A DNA stretch of 64,000 nt from Chlorobiota bacterium (lineage in GTDB: Bacteria; Bacteroidota; Ignavibacteria; Kapaibacteriales; NICIL-2), in contig JBGAKH010000002.1 in assembly GCA_044224515.1 (NCBI GenBank), forward strand, positions 162,151 through 226,150, in the 5' to 3' direction. A program made the position numbers and the translations under genes. Below, in pieces: positions 19,901 to 29,922 of the stretch. The notes beneath the pieces were generated by a model that did not search any database, was not told where the DNA came from, and saw only the letters and a program-made list of their open reading frames with translations. Within the stretch, counting starts at the first letter, position 1; each line of letters opens with the position of its first letter.

Positions 19901-22900
19901 TTGAGTTACGAATGCGCTGATTGAAGGTGGGTTCAACGACTTTCAAATAGGGTTGTGTGGCCGTGTAACATATCGGTGTTCCCAAGATGATGGCGCGAAC
20001 GTTACCAACTTCAGAGACGACCGCACTTTGGTATCCGGTTGAGTTCATCGCTCCACCATTCAGGTCGAAAGCAACCTGAAGATTGGTAGAAGAACCACCG
20101 GTTAAGGTTGAACCCCGAACGCAAAGAGCACCTTGAATGTGTGAGGTCAATCCTGTCGGTTCCGGACCTGTTGTTGTAGCAGCACCCGGAGCACCATTCC
20201 AGAATCTGATATCACGAATGGAACCAACGAAGCTGCGAGCTGCAGAATCGCCGTTTGTGGGCTCATAGCCCAAGAAAGTCGGATAGGTATTTAGTGAGCT
20301 GACACTCAAGCTATCACCAAGTTGTGAGCTGATGCTGTCTGCACGCTGAGGATTACCGTCGACGTAGAAACGCACTTCGGATGCTCCGACACCATTGCCA
20401 AGATCAATCCAAGCAGCAACATGTGTCCATGCACTGTCGAGTGCAACACTTACCGGACGTGTAATCAACGATCCACCTGATGCGTCGCTAACTGCACGAC
20501 GTACTGTACCGGCGCGATCGGTAACACGGAGCTCAAGTTGTCCGGTAGGAAGCAAGCTCAATGAGAAGTGAGGCTTCTTCGATACGGTATCAAATTTTGA
20601 GATGATGGGGAATGAACCTTCACCTACTGTGGGGAAACGGTAGGGACGAATCCATGCTTCAACCATCGAAATCTGGCCAACCATGTTCATGGCTGTACCA
20701 TTCGGGATCATCAATTTGGTAGCAAGGGGACGTTCCATAGCGAAGTATGGGGCAACGACGAAGGAGTTCGACGAGAACAGAATTTCATTCTGGCTAGCGG
20801 AGTGTCCTTTGATACGCAACACGCATGACTTCGCATAGTCTGTCGAGACATCACGTAAGTTCTGTGCGGCACCACCATTGGTTACGGTACCTTCGTTGTT
20901 GTACGGAGTCCATGTAGCTTGACCTGCTTCAACATCGACCGAAGCAGATGCTCCGGGACCAAGGTCATAAGCGGCAGTAATACCACCCGATGTACGAGCA
21001 TAGGTCCAGGAAGTACCTCCATCTGTGCTGAATTCAATGTCAACATCAGCGCCTGATGCGGTGATATCGCCCACACCGTAGCCTACCCAACGTACGGTAA
21101 AGTTCTTTGCACTAAGATTGCAAACGCCGTCGCATCCCGTCGGTGCCGTTAAGCGCAAGTGTGCACGGTCCGGACGGAAACGGATGGATGGATTGTTTAC
21201 TACGGCATTTGAATAATACTGTACAGCTTGGTCGCCTAGCTGATAGGTAGCATTGCTCGCATCGTCGTTACGTACACCTTCCAGTGTCCAATAGGTCTCT
21301 AAACTGCGATTGATAAAGGTCGGGTCAGACGGCACGGAACCTACTGTTGAAGGTGTTGCCAAGCCGGCGATACGTGTGCGGATTTGTGATTGCGACAATT
21401 CTGTGCGCCAAACTTGTACACCTTTGATACCACCGTTCAAATAGCGTGAGGAATCCAACGTAATATTGGGGTTTACGCCAATCCAGATCGGCAGGTTTGT
21501 TGTCTGCATACGGATATTGGTCGCAGAGTCGTTGATGACTTCTTCTACCATCTCACCGTTTACATACAGACGCACGCGATTGTTTGCAACAGATGCAGCA
21601 AGGTGCATCCAGTTATCACCGTGAGCGGTGCTTAGGGGAGCTGAATCGCTTGCTGCGTTGAGTGCTTCAGGCGATACAATGTTTGCAATGTATCCGCCCA
21701 CACCACGACCGAGAATTTCTCGTGCACGGAAAGCCGGATACTTACCGTCTTTCAAATACAACATCCAAGCACCTTCTTCAGTTGCAACGGGTCCACCACT
21801 GGTGCAAATCACGCCAACTTCTGACCCGGTCGCTTTAATCTGGTTCAAATTGACCCAAGCGCCAACGGTGAGTTGTGTTGAGTTTGAAAATGATCCTGAT
21901 GTACGGAAATACTGTGATGAGCCGTTGAGCTGTGCGAAGAACAGACGACCCAAGACGAAGTCGGTATCACTCACGTCCAAACGCGTTGTGCGTGAACGTG
22001 TCGTCAACGAACCGGAAGCCGAAAGCTGTGTTATACGAATTCGTGCCGCTTCAGAGCGACCGGCAAATATTGTATTGCGTGTCCAAATCGTACGAACGAT
22101 TTCTCGACCATTCGCTGCGGGTAATGTTCCGCTTGTTGTTGTGACCGCGAGTGTGTCAATTTCATTGAGGTAGCTGATGCTGTCTTCTGCTGCACGTCCG
22201 AATTCGGAGAATGACGAACCACCGTTGAGCGAGTAGTCGAATGCATAGGCGACACCGGCTACGCCGTATCCGCCCGCTGCTACGAGACCGCTACGTTCAA
22301 AGTAAATGGGATATCCGGTTGGGACAGATTGATAGGTTTTGTCGCGATCTACCACTTCACTCGGACCGTTAGGATTGAGAACGGTTACGCCCACGATCGT
22401 GAAGTTGGCCGGATCGTTAAAGTTGACATTCGATTTAATGTTGTTGTCAGCAAAGTCAAACATTACCACGGTGCCAAGACCCAGACTGGAGCTCCAGGCG
22501 ATTTGAGTCAACGAGGTGTCCGTTAAACCGCTACTAATAATATCAAAGCGGAGCTTTCCAACGAAAGTTCCACGTCCGTTACTATCCGGCACAAGTCCGG
22601 CAATCGAACCAAACACTTTGCGCACTTCCAATGAGTAATACCCAACCCCATAGGATTGTGTCGCTAGTGACTGATATCCGTTGGTTCCATCGAAGGGAGA
22701 GCTAAGATGTTGAATGGGATTCGACACATCAACATCAAATGCCACGGTATCGGTGGTGGCTGGTGCCTGCGTTGCTGAGGGTACAAGCTGTTGCGAGTTG
22801 TACTGCAACACAAGCGATGACTCACCAAGCTTCGGTGCGGAAGCGCTCAACGACTTAATCCACACTTCAACTTCGAGCTGATCGCCGCGGCGACGTTGCT

Positions 22901-23015
22901 GCAATGTTGCTTTATACACTTGCGCAATGCTGTCTGTGCCTAGCGCAATAAGGAGCAGAACGAGCAGAGCACTACGCCATGCTGTGCGACGACTCGATGT
23001 CCCTAATGAAGTCAT
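16935..23015 (-). CDS. giant secreted surface protein (2026 aa): signal peptide, two LamG/concanavalin-like domains, multiple ~90-aa modules carrying BNR/Asp-box motifs (SxDxGxTW), T9SS C-terminal sorting domain
   Basis: N-terminal signal MTSLGTSSRRTAWRSALLVLLLIALG. LamG-like blocks (…TVGAWVNLNQ…WMHLAASVANNRVRLYVNGE…; …WTHVAAWIDLG…VRFYVDGN…). Asp-boxes YSTDNGSTW, FSTDGGTSW, SLDGGSTW. C-terminus …LVPGTYFVQLSTKGTTLTRKLVIVR typical of T9SS CTD. Confidence 0.8.
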   Translation of the reverse strand: MTSLGTSSRRTAWRSALLVLLLIALGTDSIAQVYKATLQQRRRGDQLEVEVWIKSLSASAPKLGESSLVLQYNSQQLVPSATQAPATTDTVAFDVDVSNPIQHLSSPFDGTNGYQSLATQSYGVGYYSLEVRKVFGSIAGLVPDSNGRGTFVGKLRFDIISSGLTDTSLTQIAWSSSLGLGTVVMFDFADNNIKSNVNFNDPANFTIVGVTVLNPNGPSEVVDRDKTYQSVPTGYPIYFERSGLVAAGGYGVAGVAYAFDYSLNGGSSFSEFGRAAEDSISYLNEIDTLAVTTTSGTLPAANGREIVRTIWTRNTIFAGRSEAARIRITQLSASGSLTTRSRTTRLDVSDTDFVLGRLFFAQLNGSSQYFRTSGSFSNSTQLTVGAWVNLNQIKATGSEVGVICTSGGPVATEEGAWMLYLKDGKYPAFRAREILGRGVGGYIANIVSPEALNAASDSAPLSTAHGDNWMHLAASVANNRVRLYVNGEMVEEVINDSATNIRMQTTNLPIWIGVNPNITLDSSRYLNGGIKGVQVWRTELSQSQIRTRIAGLATPSTVGSVPSDPTFINRSLETYWTLEGVRNDDASNATYQLGDQAVQYYSNAVVNNPSIRFRPDRAHLRLTAPTGCDGVCNLSAKNFTVRWVGYGVGDITASGADVDIEFSTDGGTSWTYARTSGGITAAYDLGPGASASVDVEAGQATWTPYNNEGTVTNGGAAQNLRDVSTDYAKSCVLRIKGHSASQNEILFSSNSFVVAPYFAMERPLATKLMIPNGTAMNMVGQISMVEAWIRPYRFPTVGEGSFPIISKFDTVSKKPHFSLSLLPTGQLELRVTDRAGTVRRAVSDASGGSLITRPVSVALDSAWTHVAAWIDLGNGVGASEVRFYVDGNPQRADSISSQLGDSLSVSSLNTYPTFLGYEPTNGDSAARSFVGSIRDIRFWNGAPGAATTTGPEPTGLTSHIQGALCVRGSTLTGGSSTNLQVAFDLNGGAMNSTGYQSAVVSEVGNVRAIILGTPICYTATQPYLKVVEPTFNQRIRNSTTDVHVRWVGFDFNGSGSGFTGGANGGASPSVEYSTRGGGGVVVQPYQFVGSTYWHAGQTNSLTLPAGLNFTGSSAGNCRFGCQLDMTLLDPDLNDDGTYTDQGTISATLTNARLRAWNTYTINGTSTSISSEGPLFTITPPSNLTLRILLEALHEGLDGSGSVWHNIGTSYTGGGLRIKLYNDNSGSPGALVNTAESEFQYDPNAFTASAITNMGTNTGDGPKFATVPFVFTDLPDGNYWVVVEQLNHLPIMSRTPISFYYSGDDVSTTTIESGWDFSTWNGTDDDASYSAYGSRKSTTSSQYFSNTGLVFNEGRDGITGVGANYIASMVAGDCEKDGQINAADRVRVRLDAGTAMVRSDVTGDQIVSAIDRDIVDRNFGKISSIAAVSFPGIVSGGGSQEQMPVASKSNPLNVVSELDPLLSQTLNAAGQDAVDHNTALPVKHVSKTLGSKYSYTVSVKPERNQNFVDLPVYISNTGTAFNLGNATFAFQFNPKKLKYVGLVGNEKVQYSNNVAKGYNVMYSAPKDNADRALADVRTIEVDYDAFSRKGGLAVPSAATYVGTLRFQLLNTASSVGFTWYKGTTVLGAQSEGLTQYGTFTTINGLIMYTASISTPTLSQKVATGRTTTVNWTTNGDADVYVEYSTDNGSTWVRTTQSAVNVKTLKSSFVTPTTAAADCFVRLVDAETKTELTRSKKFALVNINSTITRPAAADPIYAGGSSDIIRWQSQGLANVHFEFSSNGADGWTSITTVRNATDGSTSWKVPMVNTKSAVVRLIDEESGEEISRTAPFKVLAGSLTLLNPASNDVFTKGQNVNLRWRTVNKVQNFDLQLSLDGGSTWSTTATSLSALKTSSTWSVPGVNSKSAVLRAIYPSEPELEYSRSAIFSIQGATSVDDADEFLNETLQLSPNPAQMEGRVSFNLASEAPVSVSIHNTLGERVSTVCTDKRFRAGMNHVDCSFADLVPGTYFVQLSTKGTTLTRKLVIVR

Positions 23016-23164
23016 AATTCCTCCAGTAAATCATGATGCCACATCCTGTGGCTGGGTCAGTTATACATTTGCGCTTGCATACAACCTCTGTGGTTCAGTA
23101 TACAGCACACCTCATCGCGTAGTTATCGGCAAGAATCAGGCCGTTCTTTATGACAAGTAGGCTA

Positions 23165-23186
23165 TTGTGGTGAAGAATTGCCACAA
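23165..23186. promoter_or_regulatory. inverted repeat TTGTGG-N10-CCACAA upstream of mntH-usp; possible metalloregulator operator
   Basis: 6-bp arms seen directly. Location 230 bp upstream of mntH start. Function inferred only. Confidence 0.2.
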
Positions 23187-23418
23187 TTCATCTGGTGTAG
23201 GAGAGTGACTCACAGAGCCGCCAATGCTGTGTAGGACTAATTCCTAGCATCACTGCTTTAACAGCTTTAAGAGTAAAATGTCTGAGCCTTTATTGTTCGA
23301 AGAATTCAGCTTTTAGTGTCGCAACATCTTTTCTAAATCCTTCGGGGACTATGATTCTTCGATACAGCGGACTTCGCAATGCAGTATTTTAGCAAGCGAT
23401 ATCTCGCCGTGCTCCTCT

Positions 23419-25311
23419 ATGCATAAAAGCGCTCCGACAACAGTTTCACTCCCCGAAGTTCATCGTTCGGTCGATGTAGAACACCACGCTTCTAAATGGA
23501 AGCGTCTTGCCGCCTTTCTTGGTCCGGCCTACTTGATTAGCGTTGGGTACATGGATCCCGGCAATTGGGCAACAGATATTGAGGGCGGCTCACGCTTTGG
23601 CTACGCGCTGATTTGGGTGTTACTGATGTCCAACCTCATGGCTGTGTTACTGCAGACTTTATCAGCACGTTTGGGTATCGCAAGTGGTCGTGACTTGGCT
23701 CAGTCTTGTCGCGACAATTACTCGCGACCGGTTTCTTATGCGCTCTGGTTCGTCTGCGAAATAGCTATCGCTGCCTGCGACCTTGCAGAGGTCCTCGGCA
23801 CTGCCATCGGTCTCAACCTCCTGTTTCACATACCCATGCTTGGTGGTATCGTGATCACGGCTGTAGACTCGATTCTCTTACTCGCCATTCAGAATATGGG
23901 GGTGAGAAAATTTGAAGCCTTTATTCTCTCACTGGTCTTTACGGTTGGCCTGTGTTTTCTGTATGAGTTACTACTAGCTGAGCCCTCGTGGTCGCTCGTG
24001 GCAAGTGGTTTCGCTCCTTCTCTGCCTCCGGAAGCACTCTACGTTGCGATTGGAATCATCGGTGCCACTGTGATGCCACACAATCTGTACTTGCATTCTG
24101 CATTGGTGCAGACCCGGTCCTTCGCTGCTACCGATGAAGGAAAGCGACGTGCAGCACGTTATAATTTGTTTGACACTGCCATTGCTCTTAATGCGGCGTT
24201 CTTTGTGAATGCGGCCATACTCATTCTGGCTGCTTCGGTTTTTTGGAAGAACAATCTGGTGGTGACGCAGTTGCAGCAAGCCCATGAACTCTTGGCTCCG
24301 ATGCTTGGTACCAAAGCTGCGGCTGTGGCCTTCGCTCTAGCATTGTTGGCGGCGGGACAGTCATCGACCTTGACGGGTACTCTGGCCGGACAAATCGTGA
24401 TGGAGGGCTTTCTCAATTTTAAGATGCGTCCATTCCTCAGACGTCTCATTACACGTCTGTTAGCCATTATTCCCGCGGTCTTGGTCTTACTAAGCTCCGG
24501 TGAAAGCGGAACCTATTCCTTGTTGATTCTTTCTCAAGTTGTTTTGAGTCTTCAACTTCCCTTTGCCGTTATTCCGCTGATCCATTTCACGAGCAGCGAA
24601 CGCATTATGTCCACACTGCGCAGCGCACTTTGGGTTCGAGTTCTGGCATGGCTTAGCGCAGCCATCATCGTGAGTCTCAATCTACGCTTGGCTTACTCAA
24701 CGATAAGTGAGTGGATTGGCTCTTCTTCAAATCCGACTCTCATCAGTATCATTGTGCTTCCTATAGCGGCTGCTTTATTGTTGCTGTTATTGATTGTGAC
24801 ATTCCAGCCGTGGATTCGAACAAAGACTCAGCGTGGTGTGGCTAGCTGGGAGTCTGTGGTTGCAGGCCTGGGTAATCTGAACCAAGCGGATAATGCACCA
24901 AACTTCCGACATATCGCTGTTGCTCTTGCTCACGATGATGCCGATACCCGTATCCTCCGGCATGCCTGCGCGCTGTGTCGCAACCATAACGCAGAGCTCT
25001 TGCTCATCCACGTCGTCGAAGGCGCAGTAGGATCCGTCTTCGGAGCTCAAACCTTCGACGCCGAAACTCGCAGCGATGAAGAGTACGTTCAAAAAGTTGC
25101 AGAGGCCTTACAGGCTCAAGGTATACGCTGCAGCTCATATCTGGGATATGGTTCGGCCCCTCGTGAGATTATCCGCATCGTTCACGAAACGCATGCGGAT
25201 GCATTGGTAATGGGAGGGCATGGTCACCGAGGAATTAAAGACTTGGTCTTCGGAGCAACGATATCTCCCGTCCGACATGCGTTGTCGATCCCGGTTCTTA
25301 TCATTCGATAG
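23419..25311 (+). CDS. mntH: Nramp-family divalent metal (Mn2+/Fe2+) transporter fused to a C-terminal universal stress protein (UspA) domain (630 aa)
   Basis: Nramp signature …GYMDPGNWATDIEGG…; ~11 TM helices. C-terminal Usp domain with ATP-binding-like G-x2-G-x9-G(S/T) (…MGGHGHRGIKDLVFGATIS…). Confidence 0.85.
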   Translation: MHKSAPTTVSLPEVHRSVDVEHHASKWKRLAAFLGPAYLISVGYMDPGNWATDIEGGSRFGYALIWVLLMSNLMAVLLQTLSARLGIASGRDLAQSCRDNYSRPVSYALWFVCEIAIAACDLAEVLGTAIGLNLLFHIPMLGGIVITAVDSILLLAIQNMGVRKFEAFILSLVFTVGLCFLYELLLAEPSWSLVASGFAPSLPPEALYVAIGIIGATVMPHNLYLHSALVQTRSFAATDEGKRRAARYNLFDTAIALNAAFFVNAAILILAASVFWKNNLVVTQLQQAHELLAPMLGTKAAAVAFALALLAAGQSSTLTGTLAGQIVMEGFLNFKMRPFLRRLITRLLAIIPAVLVLLSSGESGTYSLLILSQVVLSLQLPFAVIPLIHFTSSERIMSTLRSALWVRVLAWLSAAIIVSLNLRLAYSTISEWIGSSSNPTLISIIVLPIAAALLLLLLIVTFQPWIRTKTQRGVASWESVVAGLGNLNQADNAPNFRHIAVALAHDDADTRILRHACALCRNHNAELLLIHVVEGAVGSVFGAQTFDAETRSDEEYVQKVAEALQAQGIRCSSYLGYGSAPREIIRIVHETHADALVMGGHGHRGIKDLVFGATISPVRHALSIPVLIIR

Positions 25312-25390
25312 CACGTTGCACACATCAGTCTTGCAGTCTTGAGGTTCAATACTGTGCAAGCGTTGTTGAGTTCGGTTGTGCGTGGAACAT

Positions 25391-26902
25391 TTACATGAAG
25401 TTGAGCACTACACTTCTACTAACAATGTGACCGTCGTACATCTGCACCCGCACAAGGTAGAGCCCCGCCGATAGCTGCGACACGTCAAAACTGTAGAAAC
25501 CGCTTTGCGATTGGCCGCGGGCCACGCAACGTCCGTCTTCGGACCAGAGTTCCATGGTCGCTGCTCCACACTCCGCCGCCTTAAGCTCAACATCAAGTGA
25601 TTTTTCTTCTGACACGCGAATGTTCATTCCGCGTTGGACAGCGGTTTGCTCGTCGTTTATTGCATTTGCAGTTAATGGGGCACTTCGCATCACGATTGTT
25701 CCACGCGCATCATCTTGGTATACCACATACACCGTTGAGTTTGATATGGCGACATCGACGTTGACCAGCTTTCCTAAGTCGGCATTCGCCACGCTTTGAG
25801 CGGCATCTGCATAACCTTTCAAGCGGTCGGCTGTAAAGTTTGTCATGATGTACGACCGAGAGTTTTCGTTTTGCACCCAGGCTTCTATCAGCGAACGATT
25901 GTTCGCGCTCAGACGCGGATAGTTTTGTAGCGTTACTGAAGAAGCTGTCGTGACAATGGTAGGTGCTTTTACCGGAGCTGCACCGTGCAGTGCGCTAACG
26001 GAATGATAGACTCGTGACTTGCCACTGGCGGCGGAACAAAAGACCGAGTAGAGTGAGTCTCCAACCAACGCCACGTCAGGTCCTGTTGCCGGACAAGCAT
26101 TAATCTTCCATCCGTTGTTATCGATGTTCTCTCCTCGCTTAAAACTCCTGGCACCATCTTCTGAAATCCCGATCCAGGTGTCGCGTATGTTGGATGCGTT
26201 GTTACGATACGCCATAATCACCATTCCTGACCCTGCTATGATGGATCCCGGACAACAATCGCATATTGTTTCATCATTGAATCCCGATGCTTTTGTATCG
26301 CTTTGAAAACTCTTGGCGGCATCCACAGATCGAACCACAGCCCAGCGAGACTGTTCGTAGGTGGCATTGAACTTCATAAATCCAACCAGCGGGTTTCCTG
26401 CATCATCAATTGCAACACATGGAAAACGGGACAACGAGTCGGCAATGGTGTCTACACGTACCGGTGGAGCAAAGGTCCTCGCACCGTCGAACGATGCGCA
26501 ACAGTACACATGATTCTTCTCCTCGGGTGTTTGCTTGAACACGACATAGATAGTATCTCCCTTCGCGGCAATATCGGGTCCGGCCCAATTCTCATAGAAC
26601 GCCGGTTTCGTCCCGTCGTTTACTATACTCTGAACAAACTGTGAACCGTTCCATCGTGCTATCCGAACACGCCCCGTTCCTGCTTGTCCAAACAACACAA
26701 TTGGATTGCCCACGGCATCAAGGACAATGCGCGGATGGAGGTTGCCGGCGCCGGAAGGTGCTACATCGCGTTGTTCAGACCAACTCAGTTGGGCAGTGGT
26801 TTCGACTACCAAACAAGCTAGCACAAAACAGACAGTAGTCAATAGTCGATTGCCGACGATCAGTGAATGACGCGTCGGACTCTCAACGAATGATGATTTC
26901 AT
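25391..26902 (-). CDS. secreted BNR/Asp-box repeat (sialidase-like beta-propeller) protein with T9SS C-terminal domain (503 aa)
   Basis: Signal peptide. Asp-box-like repeats SFDGARTF, SVDAAKSF, SEDGARSF. C-terminus …LSAGLYLVRVQMYDGHIVSRSVVLNF resembling T9SS CTD. Confidence 0.65.
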   Translation of the reverse strand: MKSSFVESPTRHSLIVGNRLLTTVCFVLACLVVETTAQLSWSEQRDVAPSGAGNLHPRIVLDAVGNPIVLFGQAGTGRVRIARWNGSQFVQSIVNDGTKPAFYENWAGPDIAAKGDTIYVVFKQTPEEKNHVYCCASFDGARTFAPPVRVDTIADSLSRFPCVAIDDAGNPLVGFMKFNATYEQSRWAVVRSVDAAKSFQSDTKASGFNDETICDCCPGSIIAGSGMVIMAYRNNASNIRDTWIGISEDGARSFKRGENIDNNGWKINACPATGPDVALVGDSLYSVFCSAASGKSRVYHSVSALHGAAPVKAPTIVTTASSVTLQNYPRLSANNRSLIEAWVQNENSRSYIMTNFTADRLKGYADAAQSVANADLGKLVNVDVAISNSTVYVVYQDDARGTIVMRSAPLTANAINDEQTAVQRGMNIRVSEEKSLDVELKAAECGAATMELWSEDGRCVARGQSQSGFYSFDVSQLSAGLYLVRVQMYDGHIVSRSVVLNFM

Positions 26903-27049
26903 GTGTATGAGTATATGACTATGCTTGGGATTTGAATCTGCTCAATGCTCAGAACAACGATCAACTCAGACGAAAATAGACTGCGCGAAGAGACTTTTGT
27001 TTCATGCGCAGCGCAAGCGCTGCGCACAAACCAAAGATTCGATGCGAAA

Positions 27050-29527
27050 TCAAGGTTCTACTTCCAGAGTAAAGAACCAATGACGTTCAGCTGCCGGGAA
27101 GAACTCCTTGCCGTTGGCTGCTGCGGCATAGAGGGTGTTACCAATGTTATTTACGCTGGCGCGAAGTCTCAGGGCTGACAATGACAACACATCACGAAGC
27201 TCGTAGGAAATGTTTGCATTGAGGACGAGTGCAGCCTCAACAACGTTATCGGTGTAATCGATGCTACCGGGGTAGTCTTTTCTGATAGTGCTAAGCGAAC
27301 TGCCAAAGTTATCCGAGTACATCGATCCAATCGAGCGCAGACCAAGATCCAGGAGCAATGAACGGAGTCGTAGAACGGCGTGAAGGTTTGCTATAAAATC
27401 AGGAAAGGCAGCGATGGGCTTACCCGACATATCAATGCTGTTCTTTCCGAGCACATAGCTGTAGTCCACGAAACGATTTCGACTATAGGTTGCATTCGCG
27501 ATGAGATGAATAGAACTTTCTTGGGCTGACCATAATTCTGCGTCGGCTTGAACTTCGAGACCCATGTGATTCGTGTGTGCAGCATTTCCGACAATGGGAT
27601 TGCCAAAGATGTCGCGTCCGCCATTGCGAACGAGTTCGTCATGAAAGTCCATCCAGTACACGGTAGCTGCCGCTTGGATCGTGCTACTCGAGAACTTCCA
27701 GCCAAGCTCAACGTCGATCATAGACTCAGGCTTAATGAGAGGCTGCGAGAAATTGTAACGCTGTACGCCGTTGAGCGTGTCTCCGCCGAAGAGCGGTCCG
27801 GATGCACTATAGAATGTCTCCTCGGCAGCGTAGAGGTTCGCCATGCGTGGCTCACGTTTTGTTTGAGCTATACACACATAGGCACTGTGCTGCGTGCCCG
27901 GATTCCAGGTCAGACCAATTCGCGGATTGAAGAAGTTGTAGTTCACAGAAAAGAGTTCCGCGCCGTTCGTTAGTGTACGGCCGTCTATGGTGGTATACGA
28001 TGTATAAACAAGACCTGCCTTCTCGTTCGAAAGCGCGTACGATGACTGCGTGAATTGAGCTTCAAGACTCAGTTTGAGCGAAGAACCAAGATCCAGTATC
28101 TCGCGTGCAAAGAGCGATGTAATTGCCCGGTGTCCCTCGTACGAATACACACGAAAATCCGGATCAAAACCACTCGGCAAATTCTCCGCATACGCAATAT
28201 TGGCCCAGTGTTCAGAGTTGTGCGAGCGCAGCTCAACACCACCGACGAGTTCGCCTCCACCATGTCGCCAACGCACTTGCGGTATCCATCCGATCTGCTT
28301 GTTTGCTACCCAGGCCCGAATCAATGTATTGCCGGGAGAGCTGATGCTGTCGCTGCCTCCATAGGCAGCTGTTAAACGCAGTGTCGCAGCATCCGCCCAT
28401 GAGGCATCATAATCAAAGTAGCCGCGTCCGGTATAGTAGAAGAGTCGCGAGCTGACTTCGACGGTAGGACTCAATGTCACACTGTTCAATAGCTCGAAGT
28501 GTGGTTGCGAAAATCCCTCACGCTCTTGCGGTCGACGCGAAGCACGATAGCCCACCGCGCCAGTGCTGTCGTACTCCCAATAGTTGTCGTTGGATCGACG
28601 GAGTGCCGGGTCAGTGATAAAACTCTTCGGCATACCCGTGTATGCTAAACCGTCACTGATGGGTCCGCCAAACACATTGATCTGCACACTGTAGTCTTCT
28701 TGAAAACTCGCAGCACTTACAAAGAAACTCTGTAGACTGGACCAAGAGTTATCTCGGTATCCTCTAGATTGAATCTCAGAAATACGGGCGTAAAACGAAG
28801 TGTTGTGAGCATCCAGTCCTGTACACAATTCCACGGCTTTACGTGTTGCGGCAATGGAACTGAATTCTGATGGCGCAGCGTTGATTCCGGCAGCTCCATG
28901 TTCTTGTAGTCCGGCGCCTAGACTAATCTTGGCGAAGCGCGAACGAGCGATGTTCACGGTACTGAGGTTGATACTGCCACCAATTGCGGGTGCACCGTAC
29001 GACACTAATCCGGCTCCTCGTTGTACTTGAATGTTGTCCAACGACGAACTCAGATCCGGAAAATCAATCCAATACACATTGTGATCTTCGGGATCGTTTT
29101 GAGGAATGCCGTTGATTAGCACTGCTATACGTCGCTGGTCAAAACCACGCATCGTCAAGTACGAATAGCCAATGCCATTGGCATTGTCGGAATAAAACAA
29201 GGTTGAAGGTAGATCGGCAAGCAACGCAGGTACATCATACACATGTTGCTTCTCTTTGAGTTGGGAAGCCGAGAGCTCGTTATACGTTATGGGCTGTGCA
29301 TCGAGTGAATTTGCGCGCGCTGCACTTACCGTTACTTCAGAGGTGCGACTATGCAGGGTGTCTGATTTCTTCTTGGCATGTGCCGAACTTTGTTGCGCAT
29401 TGACGACAAGGTTCAACGATGTGAGCAAGCAGAATGACAGTGCAAAAAGCGCTCGGCACAGACGCGAAGAAAGCGCAGGGCAAACAAAAACAGTGTTGGA
29501 CATAAGGCATCTTGAAAAGTGAAACAA
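27050..29527 (-). CDS. TonB-dependent outer-membrane receptor (825 aa)
   Basis: Signal peptide. TonB-box-like TSEVTVSAAR. Plug-domain motifs …GIGYSYLTMRGF… and …IQVQRGAGLVSYGAPAIGGSINL…. Long beta-barrel region. Confidence 0.8.
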   Translation of the reverse strand: MFHFSRCLMSNTVFVCPALSSRLCRALFALSFCLLTSLNLVVNAQQSSAHAKKKSDTLHSRTSEVTVSAARANSLDAQPITYNELSASQLKEKQHVYDVPALLADLPSTLFYSDNANGIGYSYLTMRGFDQRRIAVLINGIPQNDPEDHNVYWIDFPDLSSSLDNIQVQRGAGLVSYGAPAIGGSINLSTVNIARSRFAKISLGAGLQEHGAAGINAAPSEFSSIAATRKAVELCTGLDAHNTSFYARISEIQSRGYRDNSWSSLQSFFVSAASFQEDYSVQINVFGGPISDGLAYTGMPKSFITDPALRRSNDNYWEYDSTGAVGYRASRRPQEREGFSQPHFELLNSVTLSPTVEVSSRLFYYTGRGYFDYDASWADAATLRLTAAYGGSDSISSPGNTLIRAWVANKQIGWIPQVRWRHGGGELVGGVELRSHNSEHWANIAYAENLPSGFDPDFRVYSYEGHRAITSLFAREILDLGSSLKLSLEAQFTQSSYALSNEKAGLVYTSYTTIDGRTLTNGAELFSVNYNFFNPRIGLTWNPGTQHSAYVCIAQTKREPRMANLYAAEETFYSASGPLFGGDTLNGVQRYNFSQPLIKPESMIDVELGWKFSSSTIQAAATVYWMDFHDELVRNGGRDIFGNPIVGNAAHTNHMGLEVQADAELWSAQESSIHLIANATYSRNRFVDYSYVLGKNSIDMSGKPIAAFPDFIANLHAVLRLRSLLLDLGLRSIGSMYSDNFGSSLSTIRKDYPGSIDYTDNVVEAALVLNANISYELRDVLSLSALRLRASVNNIGNTLYAAAANGKEFFPAAERHWFFTLEVEP

Positions 29528-29922
29528 GAAGCCCCGTGGGTGTGGCGTAGTTGGTGGGATCGCGACTGTATCGCGTACCGTTTTCCTTCGCCGGAATTAC
29601 CCGGATCAGGTTCCAAGAGTATCATCTCAGCAAGCGCGTCGAACAGACGAAACGCAAGCACCTCTAACGGAGCCATGCAACTTACGAAAAGACGAGGGAT
29701 TCTGTGGATGGAGACGACTATGCGTATTCAACCCTTCCATCAGGTAGATCGTTCGCACACTTCACAAAAGAAAAAAGGGTGCAGTATCGACGATACCTAC
29801 ACCCTTATTACTACTTCAGCCTAGAACCAGAGGTTTGGAGCAGAAGAATACCTGTGCTACGTACCACAAAAAATCATGGTGCAGCTCGTCATGAAATCAA
29901 CGCCGTCAGTTGGAAAACGATC

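Noticed and set aside
17100-22600. Dozens of 60-180-aa ORFs inside and antisense to the giant genes (e.g. 17428..17754, 21628..22173, 49254..49724)
   Set aside because: All are nested within long, motif-supported reading frames; treated as shadow ORFs.
23190-23418. Possible yybP-ykoY (Mn2+) riboswitch upstream of mntH (GGAGAGTGA … AGAGCC)
   Set aside because: The two conserved-looking segments are only ~8 nt apart, whereas the riboswitch needs tens of nucleotides and a four-way junction between them. No convincing P1.1/L3 elements.
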